DNA of 64,000 nucleotides from Octopus sinensis (GCF_006345805.1 NC_043000.1:12090001-12154000); one strand, 5' to 3'; positions 12,230 to 25,231 are shown, counted from the stretch's first letter. Translations and numbers: made by a program. The notes: a model not told the origin generated them from the letters alone.

Positions 12230-12680
12230 CAAAATAGCGATTCCTCGATTGACTATCTGGCACTCTACCGACTAGGCCATTAATATTCTTGGATACCTAC
12301 TGTTCAACTCCCAAAAGATAAAGTTAAAAGGACTTTAATCTGTTGCAGAAAACTCATGTCTAAACATCTGGATTCGGCTCTGGCCTGCATTGTCACACAG
12401 CTTTCTTCACAACAGGATAGTTTCTGGTACGATCTTATTGCAAGTCCTCTGGCACGAACTCATTGCAAGTCCGGAATAAATTATCCTAAGTGGGGTAAAA
12501 ATGAAATTCTTAGGGGTAATGACGACTCATTAGACACACACCATCAGCTTCTTTTCCCGAATTTTGCTTTTTGGGCTGTTTTGGTGGCTCGTCTTTGTAT
12601 TGAAGGTTTACGGTTGTTGTATTGGATCCATTTCTCATCACATGTTACAATTCGATTAAGAAATGATTCATTATATTAAA
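12230..12680 (-). mobile_element. Mariner transposase remnant
   Basis: Reverse complement gives LNRIVTCDEKWIQYNNRK and a degraded DNA-R-P motif. Confidence 0.7.
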
Positions 12681-12699
12681 AAATGTGTTCCTTGTTATG

Positions 12700-12900
12700 A
12701 TAGAAATTTTTCTCCTGGCATGAGGAGGCAGTCAAAAAGTTGCTGCCTTTTGCAACAACCTACCTTTGCGAACAAGGATTTTCCACTCTAATGAACATAA
12801 AAACAAAGCCAAGTAATTGATTGGATCCCAAAAGACTGTATCCAAATTTCTCTGGCATCAAAATGCCCCAATTTTGATGTAACTGTAACAAAAATGAAAC
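12700..12900 (+). mobile_element. hAT (Charlie/Buster-like) transposase dimerisation-domain remnant
   Basis: From 12722: EEAVKKLLPFATTYLCEQGFSTLMNIKTK. Confidence 0.75.
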
Positions 12901-13503
12901 ATTCATTTCTCCAAAACCCGAAGTGGAAAAGTTTCTAGAAAAATCCTTTTGTTTCATAATGAGGATATTAATTTATTTTATTGCATTTGTTTTATACTTT
13001 TTTATATTCATAATTATATTCTCCATATAAATAGATTCAATAAACCTTTTGAATTCAAAGAATCTATGGTTTTCTTCCTTTCAAATCAAGGGGCTAACAT
13101 CAACATAAATATATTTTGGGGTTATTGGTTAGAATTGGGTAATTGGTCAATGCCTGACCTTAGACTCCAAAATAGCTGCTTTTGAAGCTGGTTCTACTGC
13201 TGCCCATTGTTGCCGCTCTTCTGTTTTTTCCCTTTATCTTTCTAGTCCCTTAAGGCAGGAAGCCCTCAAATGTCATGAATACCAAGGAAATCGACTGAGT
13301 GTCTCCATTGTACGGCTGGCCCGTGTGATGTGACATGAACCTAAGCGCAGTCATAGGCAAACTGTGGCCCGTAACACTTTCTGAACGGTACACCTAACAA
13401 AAAAACTTACTTTGAATTCTTTTTGTAGTACGACCCGCCTTCTGATGAACCACGTCTCATGCTGTCCGCTTTTCGAAAAAGGTTGCTCATTCTTGATCTA
13501 TAC

Positions 13504-14031
13504 CAGGGGTGGGGAAACACCCGCCCATGAGCCCAATTGCACCTGCGAGCCCATTTTATTGTACCCGAAGGCTGATATGCTCATATTTACAAAAATACAG
13601 TAAATTTTTCAATTATAAAATTTATACAATATTCCAATGCCTATTTGCGACATAGGTCGCGTTTCCACTACGAGTTAAAATGGCCAGACTTGAACAAAAA
13701 TCGCTGATAATTGCCATTTGAATGGAAATTTTGTTTTCACTATAAAACACGTATTGCTGTTTGTACCACCCCCATGAGACCCAATTACGCTCTACCTGAA
13801 AAATATAGAATACCTCATAAGTAATATAAACGTTTTAAATTCAGTGGCGGCGTTAATGAAGATGTTACGCGTTAATTTAATGTGTTAAGCTTACCTTTAT
13901 GAATGTATATCGAATTATACATAGATATATACAAGATTTACACAGATATGAGGTAGAACTTGTGATCCTCCCGCGGACCTTTTTCTTAGGAAATTTTTGC
14001 CCGCCGCACTAAAATGTTTCCCCCGCCCTTG
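13504..14031. mobile_element. Non-autonomous hAT element
   Basis: TIRs CAGGGGTGGGGAAAC and GTTTCCCCCGCCCTTG. 8-bp TSD ATCTATAC/ATCTGTAC (7/8 match). Confidence 0.75.
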
Positions 14032-14267
14032 ATCTGTACAAATCCTTTCGCCTTCCACTTCCATCCTGAATAATTCTCAGGTACTTCCATGTGATTTTCT
14101 TCAGTCAATGAACATAATACTGGTCCAAGAACTGCTCAGCTCTTTTTTTTCAGTTGCTTCTGTATGTTCTCCGCTCCTGCTCTTCGATCAGACCGAAGTT
14201 ACGTCGTTATTCGCTTTGCTAGTTTTTGCACAAATTCCTCTGACGAATAGACGCAAACTTATGCAAT

Positions 14268-14652
14268 GTGGAGGCACAATGGCCCAGTGGTTAGGGCAGC
14301 GGACTCGCGGTCATAGGATCGCGGTTTCGATTCCCAGACCGGGCGTTGTGAGTGTTTATTGAGCGTAAACACCTAAAGCTCCACGAGGCTCCGGCAGGGG
14401 ATGGTGGTGATCCCTGCTGTACTCTTTCACCACAACTTTCTCTCACTCTTACTTCCTGTTTCTGTTGTACCCGTATTTCAAAGGGCCGGCCTTGTCACTC
14501 TCTGTGTCACGCTGAATATCCCCGAGAACTACGTTAAGGGTACACGTGTCTGTGGAGTGCTCAGCCACTTGCACGTTAATTTCACGAGCAGGCTGCTCCG
14601 TTGATTCGGATCAACCGGAGCCCTCATCGTCGTAACCGACGGAGTGCTTCCA
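14268..14652 (+). mobile_element. tRNA-derived SINE family A, full length
   Basis: Near-identical to the 5935 copy. TSD TATGCAAT. Confidence 0.9.
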
Positions 14653-15339
14653 TATGCAATACGCTGCTGCCGGATTACTTTCTTTGACTGAATTTTTTTC
14701 CGTATCAGAATCTATTTTTGACAAGTAACATTCTTAAAGCGATCCTAAAGCCACTAACATTTACGATCAACGAAATTCGTACATATGTGTGTATGTGGAT
14801 GTTGGCGTGGCTTTTGTTGCTCTTTACCCTTTCGCAGAGAAAAGTTTAAATCGATAATGTCAGCGTTTAAATCGATAATGTCAGCGTTTTCTGTCACAAA
14901 TTCATTATTCATTTCTTTGCCAACATTGTCATTGGAGTTTAAACGCTTTTCTTGTTTAGCCCCAAGTTGGTGAACTGGGGATTCGACTTGTATGTCTTGT
15001 AAGCCAAGGGAGCATGAGCAAGCAATAGGGTGAAGATGGGCGTAGAAGAGGATCAAATATACTTGACTGGTATTTGATTGTTCAGTTTGCAGTACTTAAT
15101 TCATTTATTTGATCCCAGTACTGAACTCATACGTATTTTATCAATACTCAAGATATGAAATGTAGAGTTGTCATCAGTGGGCTTGAACTCATAACCTAAC
15201 AGTAACTAATGAAGCCTGGCAGCATTTTGTCCAACACTCTACTGTTGTTGACACCCAACAATTATGACGCTTTATATAAATATATACGCGCGCGCGCGCG
15301 TGCGTGTGTAATTATATATCTACACACACACAGACACAC

Positions 15340-15725
<386 letters not shown>

Positions 15726-16171
15726 GGAAGCTTTATGAAAATAAACAAAAGACGAAGGCAGGTGGAATACAAACAACAATATATATATATGGTAAAGCAC
15801 TCAGTCGGATTCTTGGGGTGGTGATGTATTCGAGTCTCATGGCTGTTTGTTGACAAACATTTTCCGCCTTGTAAGACCAATTTACATATTACTCAAAGAA
15901 ACCCGGCGTATATATATGTGTGCGCACGCGTGTGTGTGTGTCTGTGTTTGTTCCCCACCAACGCTTGACAACCGGTGTTGGTGTGTTTACGCCCCCCGTA
16001 ACATAGCGGTTTGGCAAAAGAGACCGATGGAATAAGCAACAGGCTTTTAAAAAAATTGAAAATGAAAAATAATGGGGTCGTTTCATTCGACTAAAATGTT
16101 TCAAGGTGTTGCCAAGGCATGGCTACACTCTACTAAACGAAACGAGTGAAAGAATAAAATGAAAGAATATA

Positions 16172-16735
16172 TTGGGTTATCCGGAAAGTTCGTGCCGATT
16201 TATAGTAGCTTACCTTTCGACTTATTTTAGAACATGGTTGAGTCCATAAAATAGGATTTGACTACACCTCCGCTTAGAGCACAATTTAAGCTATCTTTTC
16301 GTGGAAGAAGGTTTATGTTCCTATAACCTGTGTTAATTCTGTAACCCTTTAAAATGGAAGATAAGAAAGTTCATTTTCGGTACTTGATGTTTTGGGAACC
16401 AGACAAAAATTGCTGCAGCTCGGCTGGGATGTGTTACCCCACCTTCCATATTCACCAGATATTGCTCTTTCGTATTCCACTTATTTAGGTCTCTGCAGAA
16501 TGGTCTTAATGGTAAAAATTTCAATTCCTTGAATGACGTAAAAAGATACCTTGATGAATTGCTTGCCATGAAACCACCTCAATTCTGGGAAGAGGGTATT
16601 TTCAAGTTGAAGGAAAGATGGAGACGCATTGTGCAACAAAATGGTTCATATTTGGTTGATTAAAAATGTAATGGCAAGTATTTATTGACCTTTTTCTTTC
16701 CTTTAAAAATCAGCACGAACTTTCCGGACAACCCA

Positions 16736-16736
<1 letters not shown>
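16172..16736 (+). mobile_element. Internally deleted mariner element with TIRs
   Basis: TIRs TTGGGTTATCCGGAAAGTTCGTGCCGATTT and AAATCAGCACGAACTTTCCGGACAACCCAA, flanked by TA. Internal C-terminal remnant PPYSPD..FRSLQN..GIFKLKERWRRIVQQNGSY. Confidence 0.9.
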
Positions 16737-16815
<79 letters not shown>

Positions 16816-16859
16816 TATATGTATGTATTTATATATGTATATATGTATAGGCCAATTAA

Positions 16860-17160
16860 CAATAAAAAGCAGGAGAAAAACAGCAAAAGTCAATTAGACG
16901 TAAACAGTAAATATATTAAACTTGTTCAGTGAAAATTTTAGATGGGAAAGTAGGGGTGGAAGTGACGTTTCGAGCATGGCTCTTCGTCGGAAAGAGGAAG
17001 AACTTCAGAGAAGAGGAAAAGGAGAAAGGAGCAGATAAGTCTGTGAAAAGCACGTGTGTAGTTACATGCCCTAAAAATAACTGACCAGCAATTGGAGATA
17101 GAATAATGAATGTGGTTTTTGAAGGCAAGAGAGTCTGGCATAAGGCCAACAATTTGAGTA
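16860..17160 (-). mobile_element. Penelope-like element terminal remnant, second copy
   Basis: GACGTTTCGAGCATGGCTCTTCGTCGGAAAG, similar to the 6.9 kb motif. Confidence 0.4.
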
Positions 17161-17292
17161 AAGAGGGAAAAAACCAATTATATCGCTCTCAGTGTTCAGC
17201 TGGTACTTATCCTATCGACCCTGTAATGATGAAAGGCAAAGTTGACGTCAGCAGCATTTGAACCCAGAACGTAAAGAAAAGCTAAAAAATCA

Positions 17293-17345
<53 letters not shown>

Positions 17346-17399
17346 TAATAATAATATAATAATAATAATAATAATATAATAATAATAATAATAATAATA

Positions 17400-17438
<39 letters not shown>

Positions 17439-17439
<1 letters not shown>

Positions 17440-17959
17440 GCTTCTGATCTTAACTGATTGGAAGTGTTATCATGTACATTGTTTTGTCTTGGTATAAAAG
17501 ATGGGCTACAGCAAATATTCTGCTCAATACCACAGATTTGTTTGTCAGTTGTTTGACCTTACCAGTTGAGCATGTCCCTTAGTGGCTGACGATATGTGCA
17601 TCTCTGATCACGAGCAGAAGTAGTGGGGGAACATCATAGCCATGTGTTGAGAGGGATTCTTTGGGGTTTGAATAGTTCACCTCTGGAAACATGGGTGGTT
17701 CGTTCAACATCCTTAAACAACCCTTATTCAGGGACCTTTTGAGCCGGATGGGCTACTCAACCTGAAGAAAATTCTAACTGAGCCCCACCTGCAAGGTCAT
17801 GTGCTGTTTATCTTGATATGAGATCACCATGTCGCGCACATATGGTTGTGATGCATGTGCCTGGTGTACCTTTATCAGACGGGTAGTCATGATGGGTATA
17901 TTGGGCTTCGTATATTTTACCCCAGTGTCACTTTGATGGCATGAACTGCTCTCTCACTC
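17439..17959 (+). mobile_element. ~520-bp (AAT)n-flanked retroelement 3' segment, copy 1
   Basis: Four copies in the window share the 3' end ...CTCTCTCACTC(AAT)n and have variable 5' ends. Flanked by AAT repeats on both sides. Confidence 0.75.
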
Positions 17960-18012
<53 letters not shown>

Positions 18013-18092
18013 TAACAACAACAATAATAATAATAATAATAATAATAATATTAATAATGATAATGATAATGATAAGGATAATGATGATGATG

Positions 18093-18138
<46 letters not shown>

Positions 18139-18189
18139 GAAGAAGAAGAAGAAGAAGAAGAAAGAAGAAGAAGAAGAAATTACCAAAAA

Positions 18190-18879
18190 CATGTAATGAA
18201 AAGAAATATTACGAGTAACTGCAGAATATGTGGAGATGGACAAGAAACAATAAATCATATTATCTCTAGCTGCCCAGTCCTGGCTAAGAAGGAATATATT
18301 CACAGACATGACAGAGTTGGAACCTACATACATTGGAAGCTATGCCAACATTATGGAATAACAACAGAAAAAAGATGGTGTAGGCACACACCAGAAAAGG
18401 TCACAGAAAACGAGAAAGCAACCATACTCTGGGATATGCCGATACACACAGATAGAGAAATTAGACCAGATATAGTTGTCAGAGATCATGAAGAAAAAAA
18501 ATGCTTTCTAATTGATGTATCAATACCGGCAGATGACAACGTGTCTCTAAAAGAAATGGAGAAACTCTCAAAATACAAAGACCTGGAAATAGAGGTAACT
18601 AGAATGTGGAACTTGAAAACAGAAACAATTCCTATCATAGTAGGTGCATTAGGCATGATAAAAAAATATTCAGACAAATACATAACAAAAACACCAGGAC
18701 TTACAAACACATATAACATACAGAAAATTGCACTACTAGGCACTGCACACATCCTACGCAGAACACTTTCCATACAATAACCATCAGAGCATCACAACAA
18801 ATCACAGCACATACCCAAGGCACACAGAGCTGCGCTCGGTAGTGAAGTGAAAGCACGCTATAAAAATAAAACTACTGAA
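18190..18879 (+). mobile_element. R4/Dong-clade non-LTR retrotransposon 3' fragment (CCHC knuckle + restriction-like endonuclease + 3' UTR)
   Basis: ORF 18196-18780 contains CRICGDGQETINHIISSC (CX2CX8HX4C), RHD..HWKLC and RPDIVV..LIDVSIP..KLSKYKDL. No RT domain (5'-truncated). Ends in (AAT)n. Confidence 0.9.
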
Positions 18880-18905
18880 TAATAATAATAATGATAATAA
18901 TAATG

Positions 18906-18990
<85 letters not shown>

Positions 18991-19196
18991 TGATGATGAT
19001 GAGGATGATGATGATGATAATAATCCTTTCTACTATAGGCACAAGGCCTGAAATTTGTAGGGAGGGGACTAGTCGATTACATCGACCCCCAGTACACAAC
19101 TGGCACTTAATTTATTGACCCCGAAAGGATGAATACCAAATCGACCTCGATAGAATTTGAACTCAGAACGTAAAGAGGGACGTAATACCACTAAGA

Positions 19197-19229
<33 letters not shown>

Positions 19230-19662
19230 TACCACAGATTTGCTTGTCAGTTGTTTGACCTTAACCAGTTGAGCATGTCCCTTAGTGGCTGACGATATGT
19301 GCATCTCTGATCACGAGCAGAAGTAGTGGGGGAACATCATAGCCATGTGTTGAGAGGGATTCTTTGGGGTTTGAATAGTTCACCTCTGGAAACATGGGTG
19401 GTTCTTTCAACATCCTTAAACAACCCTTATTCAGGGACCGTTTGAGCGGGATGGGCTACTCAACCTGAAGAAAATTCTAACTGGGCCCCACCTGCAAGGT
19501 CATGTGCTGTTTATCTTGATATGAGATCACCATGTCGCGCACATATGGTTGTGATGCATGTGCCTGGTGTACCTTTATCAGACGGGTAGTCATGATGGGT
19601 ATATTGGGCTTCGTATATTTTACCCCAGTGTCACTTTGATGGCATGAACTGCTCTCTCACTC
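19230..19662 (+). mobile_element. (AAT)n-flanked retroelement 3' segment, copy 2
   Basis: 5'-truncated and near-identical to copy 1, sharing the variant ATGAACTGCT. Confidence 0.75.
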
Positions 19663-19743
<81 letters not shown>

Positions 19744-19790
19744 AACAATAACAATAACAATAACAACAACAACAGCAACAACAACAAAAC

Positions 19791-20236
19791 ATGGGCTACA
19801 GCAAATATTCTGCTCAATACCACAAATTTGCTTGACAGTTGCTTGACCTTAACCAGTTGAGCATGTTCCTTAGTGCCTCTCTTATCACGAGCAGAAGTGG
19901 TCGGGGAACGTCATAGCCATGTGTTGAGAGGAATTATTTGGGATATGGATAATTCACCTTTGGAATCATGGGTGTTTCGTTCAGCATCCTTAAACAACCG
20001 TTATTCAGGGACCTTTTGAGCGGAGTGGGCTACTTGGCCTGAAGAAAATTCTAACTGAGCCCTATCTGCTAGGTCATGTGCTGTTTATCTTGATATGAGA
20101 TCACTATGTCACGCACATTTGGTTGTGATGCATGTGCCTGGTGTACCCTTATCAGACAGGTAGTCATGATGGGTATATTGGGCTTCGTATATTTTACCCC
20201 AGTGTCACTTTGATAGCATGCACTACTCTCTCACTC
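19791..20236 (+). mobile_element. (AAT)n-flanked retroelement 3' segment, copy 3
   Basis: More diverged copy with the same 3' end. Confidence 0.7.
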
Positions 20237-20255
20237 AATAATGATATTATTATTA

Positions 20256-20304
<49 letters not shown>

Positions 20305-20353
20305 GTATTAGTATTATGAATAACAACAACAACAACAACACAACAACAACAAC

Positions 20354-20413
<60 letters not shown>

Positions 20414-20620
20414 CTTTTCTGTTGCAGGCACAAGGCCTGAAATTTCGGGGAGGCGACTAGCCGATTGGATCGACCCCAGTGTTTCACTGGTACTTAATTT
20501 ATCGACCCCGAAAGTATGAAAGGCAAAGTCGACCTCGGCGGAATTTGAACTGAGAACGTAGCGGTGGGCGAAATACCACTAAGCATTTCGGCCAGCGTGT
20601 TAACGATTCCGTCAGCTGCA
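20414..20620 (-). mobile_element. SINE family C variant
   Basis: ATCGACCCCGAAAG..GTCGACCTCGGCGGAATTTGAACT. Related partial copies at 17185-17285, 19022-19195, 9470-9730 and 11345-11590. Confidence 0.75.
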
Positions 20621-21022
20621 CAACGCGATTACAAAAGACGCCATGACAATATGGCAAGAATGATCCATTGGGAGCTCTGTGGAAATCACGGCCTACAAAG
20701 AGCGAGCAAGGAGGTGGTATGAAGAAAACCCAGGAGGAGCCACTGAGAATGAAGATTTCAATATTCTGTGATGCAATTATTCAGTGTGATCACCCGACCA
20801 GACATCGGAAACCGAACATTATATGATAATCGACATAGGCGGAGGTGTGGCTGTGTGGTAAGTAGCTTGCTTACCAACCACATGGTTCCGGGTTCAGTCC
20901 CACTCCGTGGCACCTTGGGCAAGTGTCTTCTACTATAGCCTCAGATTGACCAAAGGCTTGTGAGTGGAATTGGTAGACGGAAACTGAAAGAAGCCTGTCG
21001 TATATATGTATATATATATATG

Positions 21023-21073
<51 letters not shown>

Positions 21074-21450
21074 GCATGTATTTATGTGTGTGTATATGTT
21101 TGTGTGTCTGTGTTTGTCCCCCCAACATCGCTTGACAACCGATGCTGGTGTGTTTACGTCCTCGTATCTTAGCGGTTCGGCAAAAGAGACCAATAGAATA
21201 AGTACTAGGTTTACAAAGAATAAATTCTGGGGTCGATTTGCTCGACTAAAGGCGGTGTTCCAGCATGGCCACAGTCGCATGACTGAAACAAGTAAAAATG
21301 TAAAGAGTATAGCATGTCCCGGTGACAACAGGATCGAAGAGAAAGAAGAAAAACTGAATAAGTATGACGATATGACGTGGGAAATACGAAGGTTGTGGTC
21401 AATGAGGAGAGTAGAAGTGATACTAATAGTAATTGATTCACTGTCTTTAT
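20620..21450 (+). mobile_element. Degenerate R4/Dong endonuclease fragment split by a SINE
   Basis: Translates to RDYKRRHDNMARMIHWELCG before the SINE (20838-21298) and IACPGDNRIEEKEEKLNKYDDMTWEIRRLW after it. Confidence 0.75.
20838..21298 (+). mobile_element. SINE family B
   Basis: Colinear with the 7055 copy. Confidence 0.85.
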
Positions 21451-21589
21451 AAAAAAAAAAGTGGGGTGATAGAGATGTAGCTCTCCTGATACAGGATGAC
21501 CTCTAGGGAACCCCCTGAACACTAAAAACAAGTGCCCTTTCCAATGTCTACACTTAGAGGTCGACACTTAGGTATACGAGGTACCATCC

Positions 21590-21950
21590 ACTCTTGCCAT
21601 TTTCGCAATTTTCACCCACTTTCAATAAACTCGCTCGATGGCAGTACTTCCCTCGCCACCCTCAATTTCCTTTTCAAGTGAAATTTGAAGACGTCAGTGA
21701 GACCCCTATCAAAGAGGAATGTATCTGTCTTCATGCCTTTCAGCCTTGTCCGACACACAATCTCTTTTGCCACAGCCACCAGACAAAGGAAAACTCCCTT
21801 GCCTGCCCGATTGAAGGAGGGTGGCGGGGCAATCAACAGGGTAATCACTATATATATAAAACTGAAGTTGTGTGTGTATGGCAGGTTTGGTAGCCTTCAA
21901 CTAACACTATCTCCTCCGAGACCCTGCGGCGCAAGTTGACCAAAATTAAG
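21590..21950 (-). mobile_element. Tx1/L1-like LINE ORF2 C-terminal remnant
   Basis: FLCLVAVAKEIVCRTRLKG..FKFHLKRKLRVAREVL resembles Tx1-clade C-termini. Confidence 0.45.
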
Positions 21951-21984
21951 AGTATGGTAGAAGAAGGCTTGCTCTTCCTTCCGT

Positions 21985-22245
21985 AGAAGAAAAAATTCAA
22001 ATTGGACCATGTTAACACCAAAAATTATTTACATCAAAAAGGTGCCTTTTTTCTATGAAAATCCTTATTTTTTACAATTTTTTGACTGCTGTGTCGCCAT
22101 TTTTCGGTGTAATTCAACCAGAAAAAAGTTCACTTAAAGAGAATAACAAGCTATATAATGCAAATGTTTTACTTTTCAAAAATTCCAATTGTAAAGGGTC
22201 GAAACAAACCCGAGCAACGCCGGGCGATATTGCTAGTATACTATA
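21985..22245 (+). mobile_element. Helitron/Helentron-like non-autonomous 3' end
   Basis: Ends with the hairpin ACCCGAGCAACGCCGGGC followed by GCTAGTA. Confidence 0.45.
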
Positions 22246-22635
22246 AAATGTTAAATGTTATGGTGCGTGGCTTTTGGCCCACTCTGTATGTACGTAAGTA
22301 TGTATGTACGCATGTATGTATTAGAAATTATATTTTATTTTCTGAAAGGGCAAAATACAAAAGCATTCAAGGACTCAGGAGCAAGGAGATCCATTTTGTG
22401 ACGTATTTACATCAATAGAACACAAAATTACAAAATAAAAACATAAAGATATAAATCACGGTTTTTATTTATATTCATAATGCAATCACCCGAGCATTAC
22501 TATGACACTCACATAAAAAAAAAAACATCCACACACATATAATGCTTGTGTGCGTGAGCGCGTATATACGAGTATGACGTGAGTGATATATACATACATG
22601 TGTGTGTGTATGTGTGTGTGTGGGTGTGTGCGTGC

Positions 22636-22702
<67 letters not shown>

Positions 22703-22712
22703 TGTGTGTGTG

Positions 22713-23765
22713 TACAGGCTGCGGTGAATAAATTGTCTAAACTACGCAGAATGAAAATAACACTGAGATCTCATTTTAACAGATATATTTACCAAAATTA
22801 CATAAAAATATCATGAAATATTAAAGAGTAAATTTATTCAATAGAATCGCCATTGGCTTCAACCATGGCCTCCGGACGACTTCAGAATCTTCTGCAAATC
22901 TTCTGGACGGTCTCCTTGTTTAAGTTGGTGAATGTTGCCATAATCCTTGCCTTCATTTCATCTTTGGTGTTACAAGGAGTTTTGTTGCTCTCTCGCCCAA
23001 CTGTGCCCCACACATAATAATCAAGGGCGTTGCTGTCTGGGGAGTTAGGGGGTGATGTGGTCACAGAAATTGTCTGACAGCCATGCCTAGGTTCTCCTGC
23101 TTGTGTGGCATGGTGCAGAGTCCTGTTACCAGACATAGGGTCTTCCAGCAGCCACCCTCTTGACTCAGGACAGCACTACCTCCTCCAGGCACTTGATGTA
23201 GGTCTCCGTGTTGAGTCAGAGGCCGTGTGGGGAGATGAATGGAGGCATAACGTCGCCATCACTAGTGATCACCCTAAACACCATGATGTTTGATTTTTAT
23301 CACTCTTGGTATGGAAGCACTCCGTCGGTTACGACGACGAGGGTTCCGGTTGATCCGAATCAACGGAACAGCCTGCTCGTGAAATTAACGTGTAAGTGGC
23401 TGAGCACTCCACAGACACGTGTACCCTTCACGTAGTTCTCGGGGATATTCAGCGTGACACAGAGAGTGACAAGGCCGGCCCTTTGAAATACAGGTACAAC
23501 CGAAACAGGAAGTAAGAGTGAGAGAAAGTTGTGGTGAAAGAGTACAGCAGGGATCACCACCATCCCCTGCCGGAGCGTCGTGGAGCTTTAGGTGTTTTCG
23601 CTCAATAAACACTCACAACGCCCGGTCTGGAAATCGAAACCGCGATCCTATGACCTTGAGTCCGCTGCCCTAACCACTGGGCCATTGCGCCTCCACACTC
23701 TTGGTATATGTTTTGGGACACGGCAAGCCAACGGTTGTCTGTGTGTTCACCATCTGTTCGTATTA
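22713..23765 (-). mobile_element. Tc1/mariner superfamily (maT/DD37D-like) transposase remnant, interrupted by a SINE
   Basis: PPNSPDSNALDYYVWG..NKTPCNTKDEMKARI..; further transposase sequence (MVNTQ..RWLAVS) continues beyond the SINE at 23312-23696. Putative end TA-CAGGCTGCGG near 22713. Confidence 0.8.
23312..23696 (-). mobile_element. tRNA-derived SINE family A, full length
   Basis: Reverse-complement copy. TSD ACTCTTGGTA. Confidence 0.9.
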
Positions 23766-24229
23766 GAGCGTCCCTCAAAAATTACTGGACTTGAAGCCTA
23801 CAACGGACCGGCAATCCGTTCAGAGGACAATGTGATTTCAAACACTTACACGCCATGCAAATCGGGTAAACGGCCTTATAAGTTGTTAGGCTGAAAAAAC
23901 AAAAACCAATACATCGCTCATAATTTCTTTCATCCCAAATCACAAAACTTGCCACATTTTCCTCAAGAATGATATCGACAGAATGGTATTACATAATGTT
24001 GTAACAGTTACGGTGTGCAAATTTGCAGCTCCAGTATTCTATAGCTACAGTAACTGTCGAATATATTAAGCAGATTTGACGTTTATTTCTCTGGATTTGC
24101 TCAAATTGATGTCAACGCCTCTAATGAGAGAATCCAATACGATTAAGGTTAAGCTAAGTTAGCCCTGCTTATAAAGGTAATACATATAATACATCACTAC
24201 ACACACACACTCACACACACTCACACACA

Positions 24230-24266
<37 letters not shown>

Positions 24267-24534
24267 ACACACACCGTATTTTAACATGTATGAGGAACCC
24301 TTTTTTTGTCAAATATTAGTTTATAATCCCTTACAAAACCTTTTTTCTAAATTTTAATGCCCCGAAAAATTAGGGAGTTTCTTATACACGTTGAAATACG
24401 GTATGTATATATATTTATATATATATCAAATGTGAGGATAAAATTCTTTTCGAAAAAAAAAATTTTCTCGAAAACAATTTTATCAATGGCCAGCATATTT
24501 TAAAAATACCTTTAACGGTTAAATTTATATAATT

Positions 24535-24976
24535 CATAAATGAGGGCAAGGGAGAAAAAAATTTCTAATGCCAAATATGCCGAAAAATTGGACGTTCACT
24601 TCCGGACTATCTAACTCACTCTGTGAGAGCCTCAGTTCAAATCGCACGTGCCTCGGATGGGCTGGAGTATTTCTATTTTGGATGTATTTGGGGTACTTAG
24701 TTGTGCCCATGACTTAGTGTTTGCTTCTTCCATGGGTATGAGTAAGTATCTCATTTATTTCTTTTACCACATGTATCACTGACGAAGAGAGGGCTCTTAG
24801 TAGCTAACTCTGAAATCGGTCCGATATGGTAATAATGGAATTTTTTAGAAATTTCTGTCGACCTTTATTCAAGTAGCGTGCGTATTGTGAAAAAATTATA
24901 TGGTTAATGGACAATATGTCCAATTTTTCGGCATATTTGGCATTAGAAATGTTTTTTTCCCTTGCCCTCATTTATG
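24535..24976. mobile_element. Element with ~59-bp terminal inverted repeats
   Basis: 24535-24593 (CATAAATGAGGGCAAGGG..GCCAAATATGCCGAAAAATTGGAC) is the near-perfect reverse complement of 24918-24976. Confidence 0.7.
24774..24826 (+). ncRNA. Degenerate hammerhead-ribozyme-like motif
   Basis: UAUCA CUGACGA AGAG..(loop)..CUCU GAAA UCG GUC CGAUA. Core boxes and a GUC triplet are present; helix I is UAUC/GAUA with one mismatch. Confidence 0.4.
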
Positions 24977-24995
24977 TATTTATATATATCTATAT

Positions 24996-25048
<53 letters not shown>

Positions 25049-25231
25049 GAGATATTATTGTTTATAATAATATCAGAAGCTCATAACGGTAAAAAATTAA
25101 TTAATAATTAAGGGTACTAACAAGCAGTAGCGGCATCATAGTAGTCAAAATGACCAAACCACATATATATATGTTCTCTCTGTCTGTCTCTCTCTCTGTC
25201 TCTCTCTCTTTCTCCTTCTCCCTCTCTTTCT

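Noticed and set aside
13441-13480. CTGATGA...GAAA hammerhead-like spacing (also 52223-52234)
   Set aside because: No helix II or helix I pairing and no suitable cleavage triplet.
18196-18780. 194-aa ORF as a host gene
   Set aside because: It is the CCHC + restriction-like endonuclease tail of a 5'-truncated R4/Dong retrotransposon.
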